A DNA stretch of 64,000 nucleotides from a virus. Taxonomy: Duplodnaviria; Caudoviricetes. A model generated the notes under the pieces. The model worked only from the letters and a program-made list of their open reading frames with translations, did no database searches and had not been told where the DNA came from. The stretch is taken from positions 1 to 64,000 of the IMG/VR virus record IMGVR_UViG_3300033072_000683; one strand, given 5' to 3'. Position 1 is the stretch's first letter. Each line of letters starts with the position of its first letter. The translations under genes were made by a program, and so were the position numbers. Of the stretch, positions 1 through 9,149 are shown in pieces.

Positions 1-165
1 AGAAGATCGCCGCACGAAGAAGATTACGAATTCGACGATGTTGACGCACACGATCCAACGCGTCGTGTAAGACACTTTAAGAAGGATCGGGATGAAGATA
101 ATAAAAAGCGTTGGGAACGCGAAAGCTATTTTGATAGCGATAACGATTACGACGAGCGCAGATAA
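1..165 (+). CDS. C-terminal end of an acidic/basic hypothetical protein (5'-truncated by window edge)
   Basis: Frame 1 open from base 1 to TAA 163-165 (RRSPHEEDYEFDDVDAH...YDERR*). Confidence 0.6.
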   Translation, partial: RRSPHEEDYEFDDVDAHDPTRRVRHFKKDRDEDNKKRWERESYFDSDNDYDERR

Positions 166-168
166 ATA
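161..168 (+). promoter_or_regulatory. T4-like late promoter GATAAATA upstream of tRNA-Ser
   Basis: Same octamer precedes most structural genes in the window. Confidence 0.55.
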
Positions 169-175
169 GCATAAA

Positions 176-268
176 GGAAGGTTAACTGGACAGGCGCGCC
201 AGACCTGCCTCGAAAACAGGTTGTGTTACTAACCGTAGCATGGGGATCGAGACCTCAGCCTTCCGCCA
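176..268 (+). tRNA. tRNA-Ser(CGA), non-canonical 8/4 cloverleaf with long variable arm
   Basis: Acceptor GGAAGGTT/AGCCTTCC, G73 + encoded CCA, D-stem CTGG/CCAG, anticodon loop CT-CGA-AA, variable arm GTGTTAC/GTAGCAT, T-stem GGGG/CCTC with loop ATCGAGA. Confidence 0.8.
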
Positions 269-273
269 GAATT

Positions 274-501
274 ATGAGATTATCAGAAATTGATCTAATT
301 GGAAAACCATCGCCTAAGTTTGATGAAATTCAAACTAAGCATGGTATTGGGTACAAAGATCTGATGGTCCAACTCTCGAAGGGTATTAAAGTCGAACTAG
401 AACATACCGGTGATATTGCGATGGCAAGGGAGATTGCTCTCGACCATCTTGATGAATTTCCGGATTATTATGATCGGCTAGAAAAAGTCGAGCAAAAATA
501 A
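274..501 (+). CDS. Small phage protein, DUF5661-like (GIKVELEH...IALDHLDEFPDYY)
   Basis: Recognisable motif; start moved to ATG 274 because 223-268 lies inside the tRNA. Confidence 0.7.
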   Translation: MRLSEIDLIGKPSPKFDEIQTKHGIGYKDLMVQLSKGIKVELEHTGDIAMAREIALDHLDEFPDYYDRLEKVEQK

Positions 502-506
502 ATCCT

Positions 507-581
507 GTCCCTGTAGTTCAATGGACAGAATAGTCCTCTCCTAAAGGATAGATACAGGTTCGATTCCTGTCAGGGGCACCA
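507..581 (+). tRNA. tRNA-Arg(CCT)
   Basis: GTCCCTG/CAGGGGC acceptor, D-arm GTTCAATGGACAGAAT, anticodon loop CT-CCT-AA, T-arm ACAGG-TTCGATT-CCTGT, encoded CCA. Confidence 0.95.
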
Positions 582-584
582 AAT

Positions 585-896
585 ATGGAAACAGTTCTAG
601 TCAGACAAATCCAAATCCCGATGACGCAGGTGTTGCCCTTTGAGGCAATGATGCGCACAAATGGCATCGGTGTGAAAATTATCTACGGGCAAAAGAATGC
701 CACAGTAGAATTTTACAACGATGCTGATTACCTAGCCTTCATTTTGAAGGATCTGCTAGGAAAAGCAAAAGAAGAATCCGGTATGTGTCATCTAACACAA
801 CCGGATTTTGATTTTATGATTCGCCTTGAAAAGAAGCTCAAAACTTATAGCAAGGGCGACGAATACTATATTAGAAAGGCGTTGAAAGGAAAGTAG
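585..896 (+). CDS. Hypothetical protein
   Basis: 103-aa ORF directly after tRNA-Arg. Confidence 0.65.
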   Translation: METVLVRQIQIPMTQVLPFEAMMRTNGIGVKIIYGQKNATVEFYNDADYLAFILKDLLGKAKEESGMCHLTQPDFDFMIRLEKKLKTYSKGDEYYIRKALKGK

Positions 897-1058
897 ATGA
901 CTCTTACACTTTTCTTACTTGTTTTCTTCTTCATTTTCCCACTTGTATCTATTCTAATGTCGGATAGATATTACGGTAGCAATAAAGCGAAGGCGTTTGC
1001 CATTGTTCTCTTTACAAGTCGGGTTGGTCGTATTTGGCTCTGGTGCCAAGAAAAATAA
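897..1058 (+). CDS. Small hydrophobic (membrane) protein, 53 aa, below ORF-track cutoff
   Basis: ATG immediately after upstream TAG; MTLTLFLLVFFFIFPLVSILM...WLWCQEK*. Confidence 0.55.
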   Translation: MTLTLFLLVFFFIFPLVSILMSDRYYGSNKAKAFAIVLFTSRVGRIWLWCQEK

Positions 1059-1079
1059 AGGACCCGAAGGTCCTTTATT
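1054..1079. terminator. Bidirectional intrinsic terminator
   Basis: AATAAAGGACC-CGAA-GGTCCTTTATT between convergent genes. Confidence 0.8.
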
Positions 1080-1095
1080 CTTAAGACGTAAATTC

Positions 1096-1476
1096 TTACG
1101 CTAGGTTTAGATCAGCTTGTCCAAGAGCGACAGCAGGTTGTGTCGACCAGGAATAGCTATTGATGGAACCATCAGCTTCCCAAAGATCGAGACGGAACTG
1201 AGCAATCTTCTTGCAAGGTCTTGCAGAACCACCAAAAGGTGTTGCTGTGATAAAGCACTGACCTGGTTGCAAAGAACCAACTGCTAGAGCATTTACCATA
1301 AAGACAATTTCCGACTTAGTGCCGTTACTTACTACATATGCAGCAGATCCTGTCTGCTTCACAATGTATGCATTTGTATCAGTGGAACCATCTGCCCACT
1401 TTACGCCATCAACTACGATCTGATTGCCACCAAGTGCAGCAGGACCAAACCACTTTTTCTGAATAGGTCTTCCCAT
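1096..1476 (-). CDS. Late, probably virion-associated hypothetical protein (MGRPIQKKWFG...)
   Basis: 126-aa ORF with AGGAG SD and GATAAATA on the minus strand at 1529-1536. Confidence 0.75.
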   Translation of the reverse strand: MGRPIQKKWFGPAALGGNQIVVDGVKWADGSTDTNAYIVKQTGSAAYVVSNGTKSEIVFMVNALAVGSLQPGQCFITATPFGGSARPCKKIAQFRLDLWEADGSINSYSWSTQPAVALGQADLNLA

Positions 1477-1528
1477 TTTGGGCCTCTCCTTTACTCAAAT
1501 TATGTGGAACCATTTCCTCATAACTCAC

Positions 1529-1536
1529 TATTTATC
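1529..1536 (-). promoter_or_regulatory. Late promoter GATAAATA
   Basis: tatttatc on + strand. Confidence 0.6.
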
Positions 1537-1545
1537 TAAAACCTG

Positions 1546-1574
1546 TTGACTGCACCTATATAGACGTGCATAAT
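1546..1574 (+). promoter_or_regulatory. sigma70-type early promoter of rIIA
   Basis: TTGACT-N17-CATAAT. Confidence 0.7.
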
Positions 1575-1607
1575 AAAAGAACCTTCTAACACAGAAAGAC
1601 AAAACAC

Positions 1608-3746
1608 ATGAAGCTTGGAGTTGACGTTAACGAAGTAACCCTGTCAGGGGTGGGTGCGACTGGGGAGTTCCGCATCCGTAATTCTGCTAAGGCCTTTAAG
1701 ATTCTGTCCGATGGCCTTTATTCGAACAAAATCCGCGCAATCATTCGTGAGCTGTCCTGCAATGCTGTAGACAGTCACGTTGCCGCAGGTAAGCCCGATG
1801 TGCCCTTTGAGGTTCATCTTCCTACTATCCTTGAACCCTACTTTGCGGTAAAGGATTTTGGACTCGGCCTGAGCGGTGATCAAGTCACCAATATCTACAC
1901 AACCTACTTTGAATCCACAAAGACTGATTCCAATGACTACATTGGCGCGCTGGGCCTGGGTTCGAAGTCTCCTTTCTCCTACACGGAAAACTTCACGGTA
2001 ACTGCTATCAAGGATGGCATTAAGCGCATTTATAGTGCGTTCATTAATGAATCCGGTGTTCCTTGTGTTGCTGAGATGAGCACCGAACTTACCGATGAAG
2101 CAAACGGTGTTGAGGTTAAGTTCTCGGTAACCAACCGACACGATTACAACAGCTTCCGTCATGAGGCGCAGGAAGTTTTCAAATGGTTCAAGCATCAGCC
2201 TGTTATCACCGGTGTTGATAACTTCAAGGTACAACCGGCTGAATTTAAGGAACGAGATATTGTTCCTGGTGTTCACACTATGGGTGGCTTTAATGAATAT
2301 TACGGTGCGCATTCTATTGCGATCATGGGTAATATTGCATATCCGTTGAACAAGATTCCGGAACCTGCCAAGCATTTTGGCAATCTTGCTGCACTACTTG
2401 AGTGTGGGCTGGTATTGGAATTCCAAATTGGCGAGCTTGATTTTGCTGCATCGCGTGAGGAACTGAGTTACATTCCGCAGACTCTTGCAAGTATCAAGAA
2501 TAAACTGCAATTGCTGAATGCTAACCTGACCAAGCACCTTGCAGAAAAGGCTGACAAGATCGAGAACGAGTGGGAACGTGCCATTTATCTGGTTGAGCAA
2601 TATCAGACTCGTCTTTATAAGAGTGCAGTTCCGAAATATGTTGCTGACACGAAGTTTGCACTTTTCAACCCGAATCAGCATTACGGCCGCCACGAGTTTG
2701 AATTTACCGATGAACAGCTGAAAGAGCACAACCTTGAGCTTGTTGCATTTCGCGCAAGCCACGGATCTACCAGCAAGATGACGGTAATGCACCAGCGTTA
2801 CAATAAGCAAAGCAAGCTCGAGACGGTCGGTATAATCACGGTTCAGCCGGGTGTTGTATTTGTTCTGAACGACTTGAAGACTGGTTGCCAGGCACGGGCA
2901 CGTTATCACTTTGCACAAGCCGGCAAGAATGTAACGGTTTACTGTGTTTCGTCTGCATCCGAGCTTGATGCACGTCAGCCCGACTACGATTGGTTTATCA
3001 AAGAGATTCATAATCCCCCGGTGATTATGAAGGCTTCTGAGTTAGATAAGCCGATCAAGAAGAAGCCCACCACTTCGCAAGGTCTTATGTATATGAGACT
3101 GAAGATGGATAGACGACAAGGGTACGAGGATTCGTATTGCTGGGCACCTTATACCGAGGAGCTTGACGACAATGTGGAATATGCCTACGTCAACCTGAGC
3201 AATTATCAGGCGGTCTCGAAAGATGGCACTGCCGCCTTCAATGTGCATCGCCTGAAATCGTGGATCGATGATTCCGGCGTCAAGGCTCTTACCGATATCA
3301 AGATCATTGGTGTTCGTAAGAACAGAGTTGAAGAAATTGAAGGTCTGGACAATTGGGTCTGGCTCGAAGACAAGATCCGTAAGGAAATTGCCAAGATCAA
3401 CGACGCTCAAGTTATCCAGATGGTTTCGGCTGAGATGCTTGACAATTACAACGACAGAATCTATACTAATGATTCAGTTGCAAAGGCAGTTGGGCCTGAT
3501 TCTCCGTATGCACAATATGTGAAAAAATACGGAAAAGCTAACCGAACTGGCAATGTTGCAGCATTGGTACAGCTCTGCGCCGAATATGGCAAGTCCGTCC
3601 AGGTCGACGCAGTGAAGAAAGAAATTTCGGACGCAAAGAAAGCAATTGTTAGCCGCTATCCTTTGATTAAGCATGTTCATCATGCTAATGAGAATGATGT
3701 GGCGCATTACATTAAACTTGTAGACACTCAACAGGAGAAAAACTAA
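1608..3746 (+). CDS. rIIA: rIIA-like protein with N-terminal GHKL/HSP90-type ATPase domain
   Basis: IRELSCNAVDS, VKDFGLGL, GALGLGSKS motifs; directly followed by rIIB. Confidence 0.9.
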   Translation: MKLGVDVNEVTLSGVGATGEFRIRNSAKAFKILSDGLYSNKIRAIIRELSCNAVDSHVAAGKPDVPFEVHLPTILEPYFAVKDFGLGLSGDQVTNIYTTYFESTKTDSNDYIGALGLGSKSPFSYTENFTVTAIKDGIKRIYSAFINESGVPCVAEMSTELTDEANGVEVKFSVTNRHDYNSFRHEAQEVFKWFKHQPVITGVDNFKVQPAEFKERDIVPGVHTMGGFNEYYGAHSIAIMGNIAYPLNKIPEPAKHFGNLAALLECGLVLEFQIGELDFAASREELSYIPQTLASIKNKLQLLNANLTKHLAEKADKIENEWERAIYLVEQYQTRLYKSAVPKYVADTKFALFNPNQHYGRHEFEFTDEQLKEHNLELVAFRASHGSTSKMTVMHQRYNKQSKLETVGIITVQPGVVFVLNDLKTGCQARARYHFAQAGKNVTVYCVSSASELDARQPDYDWFIKEIHNPPVIMKASELDKPIKKKPTTSQGLMYMRLKMDRRQGYEDSYCWAPYTEELDDNVEYAYVNLSNYQAVSKDGTAAFNVHRLKSWIDDSGVKALTDIKIIGVRKNRVEEIEGLDNWVWLEDKIRKEIAKINDAQVIQMVSAEMLDNYNDRIYTNDSVAKAVGPDSPYAQYVKKYGKANRTGNVAALVQLCAEYGKSVQVDAVKKEISDAKKAIVSRYPLIKHVHHANENDVAHYIKLVDTQQEKN

Positions 3747-4745
3747 ATGAGCAAGCCGATCCCGTATCTGCTTCAGGGTAAGAACATTATCCTGGTTATT
3801 GATGGTAAGAGTCACACCATCAGCCGCGATACTCACATCGCGTATGTGAAGATCGTTGACGCCCTTAAGGCGCAAGATTGGGACGCTCTGCGCGACCTAG
3901 TTGAGCCGAAGAAGGCGATCGTGAACTTTGGTAAGGGCTTTGTGTCGATTAACGACAACAAGGTCATGTGGAAGGGCAAGCCATTCCACAATGCATTGGC
4001 AAACCGCATGATCGAGATGTTCCAAGATGGCTTCCCGATTGACCCGATGGTACGCTTCATGGAAAACCTGATGCAGAACCCGTCCAAGCGTTCTGTGGAC
4101 CAGGTGTACGGCTTCTTGGAAAAGAACAAGTTGCCGATCACCGAGGATGGTTACTTCCTGGCGTACAAGAAGGTTCGCACCGACTATAAGGACATCCATA
4201 GCGGCACTATCAGCAATCACATTGGTGCTGTTGTCGAGATGGATCGAAACCTTGTCGACGACAATCCTGATTCGCATTGTTCTGTTGGCCTGCACTTCTG
4301 CAGCGAAAGCTATCTGGGCCACTTCGGTGGTGGTGGCGATCCGGTGATGATCCTGAAGATCAATCCGGCTGATGTTGTGAGCATTCCGACTGACTATAAT
4401 GGTGCCAAAGGTCGTTGCTGCAAGTATGAAGTCGTTGGACAAGTGAACGGCAACCCTGCCGAGGCATTTGCCAAGATTGTCAACACTGAGCATTCGAAGC
4501 CCGTTGCACCGGTGAAGAAGTTGGAACCTACCGCTGCATGGCCTTTCCCGACCGGTGAAGAAGCTGCCGCTACCGTCACCGAAGACGATGATCAGTTGTA
4601 CGACCTGGTCCGTGTGCATGGCGAATGGACTGAGTTCTACGACATGACGCTTGCTGAAGCTCGTGCCAAGGTTCAGAAGAATCTTGAGCAGAAGAAGGCG
4701 AAGCTGAAGATCGTTAAGGCCGGTACGGACGAAGAAGTCCAGTAA
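3747..4745 (+). CDS. rIIB: rIIB-like protein
   Basis: PITEDGYFLAYKKV, CSVGLHFCS, KINPADVVSIPTDYNGAKGRCCKYEV motifs. Confidence 0.92.
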   Translation: MSKPIPYLLQGKNIILVIDGKSHTISRDTHIAYVKIVDALKAQDWDALRDLVEPKKAIVNFGKGFVSINDNKVMWKGKPFHNALANRMIEMFQDGFPIDPMVRFMENLMQNPSKRSVDQVYGFLEKNKLPITEDGYFLAYKKVRTDYKDIHSGTISNHIGAVVEMDRNLVDDNPDSHCSVGLHFCSESYLGHFGGGGDPVMILKINPADVVSIPTDYNGAKGRCCKYEVVGQVNGNPAEAFAKIVNTEHSKPVAPVKKLEPTAAWPFPTGEEAAATVTEDDDQLYDLVRVHGEWTEFYDMTLAEARAKVQKNLEQKKAKLKIVKAGTDEEVQ

Positions 4746-4748
4746 TGA

Positions 4749-4766
4749 TAGGGGCTACGGCCCCTA
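4749..4766 (+). terminator. GC-rich hairpin after rIIB (terminator or RNA-stabilising)
   Basis: TAGGGGC-TACG-GCCCCTA; weak U-tract. Confidence 0.5.
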
Positions 4767-4775
4767 CCATTTCCG

Positions 4776-5165
4776 ATGAATAAGTTAGTCATAATTCTGC
4801 TGCTAATTTGTTCGGCCAGCTATGCTAAGGAGCCTGAGCAGGTTGTCGAAGTCCCTTTAACACCTGTTCAGATTCTGAAGTCCTTTGAAGAGCAGAATGT
4901 ATTAGATATTTCCACACTGCCAGATTTGGTAGTAAAGGAAGAGTTGGTTTCGGCATGTATGGAAGCATACATTAAGAAACAATCAAATTCGTACTCGAAA
5001 ATTGCACAGAATAATCTGTACGAATTGATACATAACTTTGATCGTATAGCTTCACGTATTGCAGGAAAGAAGACGACACCGGATTCAATCCCGCAAGAAG
5101 AGAAAATCGAAGCTCTTGCAAGATTGCAGTGCGAAGCGTACTATACGATGGGAGTTTTGAAGTAA
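4776..5165 (+). CDS. Hypothetical exported protein
   Basis: N-terminal signal-peptide-like MNKLVIILLLICSASYA. Confidence 0.65.
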   Translation: MNKLVIILLLICSASYAKEPEQVVEVPLTPVQILKSFEEQNVLDISTLPDLVVKEELVSACMEAYIKKQSNSYSKIAQNNLYELIHNFDRIASRIAGKKTTPDSIPQEEKIEALARLQCEAYYTMGVLK

Positions 5166-5171
5166 GTTTGA

Positions 5172-5358
5172 GTGTGTAGCTTTGTAGAGCTGGATGCGAA
5201 CCTGCAGTTTTGAAGTAGAGCCTATGTGAAAAACGCTGTCGACGGCGTACATGCTTCTAATTAAGGACGGCGCGGCACTTTTCACTACAATGAGAATGTA
5301 ACCGCGGGGGATCCGAAATGCAGGACGGGGAGCTTAGGTGGGGTGCCTAAGCACACAC
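5172..5358 (+). ncRNA. Candidate structured non-coding RNA (unassigned family)
   Basis: No + strand ORF; nested stems GTGTGT/ACACAC, CCTGCA/TGCAGG, GAAGTA/TGCTTC, ACGCTG/CGGCGT, CGCGG/CCGCG, GCTTAGG/CCTAAGC; followed by a terminator. Confidence 0.6.
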
Positions 5359-5361
5359 AGG

Positions 5362-5395
5362 AAACGGTAACGGGGAAACTCGTTACCGTTTTTTT
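5362..5395 (+). terminator. Intrinsic terminator
   Basis: AAACGGTAACGGG-GAAA-CTCGTTACCGTTT then T-tract. Confidence 0.85.
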
Positions 5396-5406
5396 ATGGA
5401 GTTTTT

Positions 5407-6288
5407 ATGCTACGATATGTGGGAATAATTGGTTATGGATTTGTCGGAAAGGCAACAGCCGAAGTCTTTAGACACAATTCTCAGCTTCTGGTAATTGATC
5501 CGAAGTCTGCACCTGTATTAGAGAAATCTGATTACCTTGATATAGTCAGAAAGAATACACCGATTGTTTTTGTCTGCGTGCCTGTGCCTACGCTAGAGAG
5601 CAGAGCCGTTGATATGACGATAATTTACGACGTTTTAGACAGTTTAGCCAGGGTCGGCTATGCAGGCATCGTCGTTATAAAGAGCACAATACCGCCTGAA
5701 CAAGTTCACGAAATCTATACAAAATACGCTAAAGATTCTATCCTAAAAAAGGAAGGTCTTTTGGATATTGTTTATTCTCCAGAGTTTTTGAGAGAACAAC
5801 ATTGGACTGAGGATGCAGTAAATCCGAGAATGATTATACTTGGCGGTGATTATAAGATTTGCAGACAAGTTCAAGATTTCTATGAGTTCAACGGATATCT
5901 AAAAACCCGTCCACGGGTGTTTATCACATCTATGATGGAAGCATCTCTTGCTAAGTACACTATCAACACTTTCTTGGCTACAAAAGTTGCATTCTTTAAC
6001 CAGATTTACAAATACTATACGGAGTTGAATGAAGGTAAAGAACCACACTACGAGATGTGGGACGATTTTACTGAAATGATAGGTTCTGATTTCAGAATGG
6101 GTATTTCCCATATGAAAGTACCCGGACCTGATGGTCAGTATGGTTATGGTGGAACATGTTTCCCTAAGGATGTGAAAGCATTTATCGGTTCAGACAAGAG
6201 TGGTCACCTTTCGATTCTACGGGAAGTTGAGTTAGCCAATACGAAAATTAGGTTGACAGGTAAGGCGGAAGACAGCAATAATAGCTGA
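5407..6288 (+). CDS. UDP-glucose/GDP-mannose dehydrogenase family nucleotide-sugar dehydrogenase (short form)
   Basis: GIIGYGFVG Rossmann motif, VIKSTIPP, YSPEFLRE, GYGGTCFPKD (catalytic Cys). Confidence 0.88.
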   Translation: MLRYVGIIGYGFVGKATAEVFRHNSQLLVIDPKSAPVLEKSDYLDIVRKNTPIVFVCVPVPTLESRAVDMTIIYDVLDSLARVGYAGIVVIKSTIPPEQVHEIYTKYAKDSILKKEGLLDIVYSPEFLREQHWTEDAVNPRMIILGGDYKICRQVQDFYEFNGYLKTRPRVFITSMMEASLAKYTINTFLATKVAFFNQIYKYYTELNEGKEPHYEMWDDFTEMIGSDFRMGISHMKVPGPDGQYGYGGTCFPKDVKAFIGSDKSGHLSILREVELANTKIRLTGKAEDSNNS

Positions 6289-6743
6289 TGAATACTATCG
6301 AAGAAGCCAAGCGCCTGCACAAACTTGTGGTATCCTGCAAACAGGATCCATTAAAGAATTTTGTAGCACAAGTCGACGCAGATAGACTTGCGGAACTGCG
6401 ACAAGAAAATCTTGATAAATTGTTTGCAGAAGCAAGAAAACTCAAGGTTAGATATATCTACATCGGCACCGATGAAATTTGCGGATGCGAGGATGTAAAA
6501 GATTCCGGTGGTACCTGGCCTGCAATGTGGAAAATTGCAGAGCGTGTGGGATTTCCCGGCTCTTGTGGAAATAGCGATCAATATCAGTGCCATGAGGCAA
6601 ATTTGGTTTTCCCTCATACATCATATGGTGGATGGGACCTAAAGGAAAATAGAAAACTAACCGATAAGGAAGCAGAAGAAAAGAAGTTCCGTAAGGTTGT
6701 TGAACTCTTCAGAAAGACAAAAAATGAAATACCTGTTCCTTGA
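6288..6743 (+). CDS. Hypothetical protein
   Basis: 151-aa ORF with stop/start overlap with upstream gene. Confidence 0.65.
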   Translation: MNTIEEAKRLHKLVVSCKQDPLKNFVAQVDADRLAELRQENLDKLFAEARKLKVRYIYIGTDEICGCEDVKDSGGTWPAMWKIAERVGFPGSCGNSDQYQCHEANLVFPHTSYGGWDLKENRKLTDKEAEEKKFRKVVELFRKTKNEIPVP

Positions 6744-7095
6744 CGATGAAAGAATGCCACGAGATGTGACCTGGGTCCTCATCGGCGGGGTAGGTTCTTG
6801 GGGTGCCGATTGGCAAATTGTTAGAAACCTCCAAGAAGCCAAAGAGTGGGTCCTGAAAAATGGATTCCCTGATGTGATCAGTTTTGATCACGATTTGGGT
6901 TTGAAGCATTACGAGGGCGATTATTCGGATGAAAATACCGGATACGATTTCGCGAAATGGTTAGTCGAGTATGACATCGATACAAATACTATGCCTGGTA
7001 ACTTTAAGTTCACCATACACAGTAAGAATCCTACTGGCTCGGAAAATATCCGTTGCCTGATGGAAAATTACATGAGGCATAAAGGAATGGTATAA
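6724..7095 (+). CDS. Cyclic-phosphate-processing Receiver-like domain protein
   Basis: YLFLDDERMP, ISFDHDLG, TGYDFAKWL, IHSKNPTG motifs. Confidence 0.75.
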   Translation: MKYLFLDDERMPRDVTWVLIGGVGSWGADWQIVRNLQEAKEWVLKNGFPDVISFDHDLGLKHYEGDYSDENTGYDFAKWLVEYDIDTNTMPGNFKFTIHSKNPTGSENIRCLMENYMRHKGMV

Positions 7096-7110
7096 TTTTT
7101 CCATTCAATT

Positions 7111-7118
7111 GATAAATA
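7111..7118 (+). promoter_or_regulatory. Late promoter GATAAATA
   Basis: Octamer match in intergenic region. Confidence 0.6.
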
Positions 7119-7196
7119 CTCGTAACACCCTTAGGACCATTGGTGTTACGCCAACAGGCGTCGCGGGGGATGATTCGCTACCATCCCCCGCTTTTT
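7119..7196 (+). ncRNA. Candidate ~78-nt late small RNA or attenuator (two hairpins)
   Basis: CGTAACACC/GGTGTTACG stem then GCGGGGGATG/CATCCCCCGC + TTTTT, directly after GATAAATA. Confidence 0.45.
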
Positions 7197-7209
7197 ATAT
7201 GGAGTTGCT

Positions 7210-7386
7210 ATGAAGCTTATTGAGATTTTTGAAGCAAAAAACGCTAATAAGAAGAAAGTAACACCTCCTGCGCCTCGCAATTTCGTGGCTAAGCATGCAC
7301 AAACATCTGGTGCAGGCTCCCACACCGACAAGAAATATAATCGCAAAGAGAAGCATAAAAAGCCCTTTGACGAGTCGGAAGAATAA
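7210..7386 (+). CDS. Small basic protein, 58 aa (MKLIEIFEAK...PRNFVAKHAQTSGAGSHTDKKYNRKEKH...)
   Basis: GGAG SD at 7201-7204, clean ORF below track cutoff. Confidence 0.65.
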   Translation: MKLIEIFEAKNANKKKVTPPAPRNFVAKHAQTSGAGSHTDKKYNRKEKHKKPFDESEE

Positions 7387-7468
7387 TCCCTAACTGCAAA
7401 AACTCAAGATTATTTGTGTTTCTATTTTGGCATAGCTAAAATAGTTGACGTATCATTGAGGATATAAC

Positions 7469-9115
<1,647 letters not shown>

Positions 9116-9117
<2 letters not shown>

Positions 9118-9123
9118 TAAATA
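9116..9123 (+). promoter_or_regulatory. Late promoter GATAAATA
   Basis: Octamer 27 nt upstream of ATG 9150. Confidence 0.6.
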
Positions 9124-9149
9124 GTGTATCACTGGAGAGTAGATACATT

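Noticed and set aside
223-273. ORF-track N-terminal extension of the DUF5661-like gene
   Set aside because: Lies inside the tRNA-Ser; the real start is ATG 274
5218-5257. Resemblance of GAGCCTATGTGAAA...ACATGCTTC to group II intron domain V
   Set aside because: Pairing and AC bulge do not fit DV; no domain VI, no RT/maturase, no interrupted gene
7210-7386. Similarity of the KKYNRKEKH tail to ribosome-rescue factor ArfA
   Set aside because: Only a short basic motif matches, too little to support homology without a profile search
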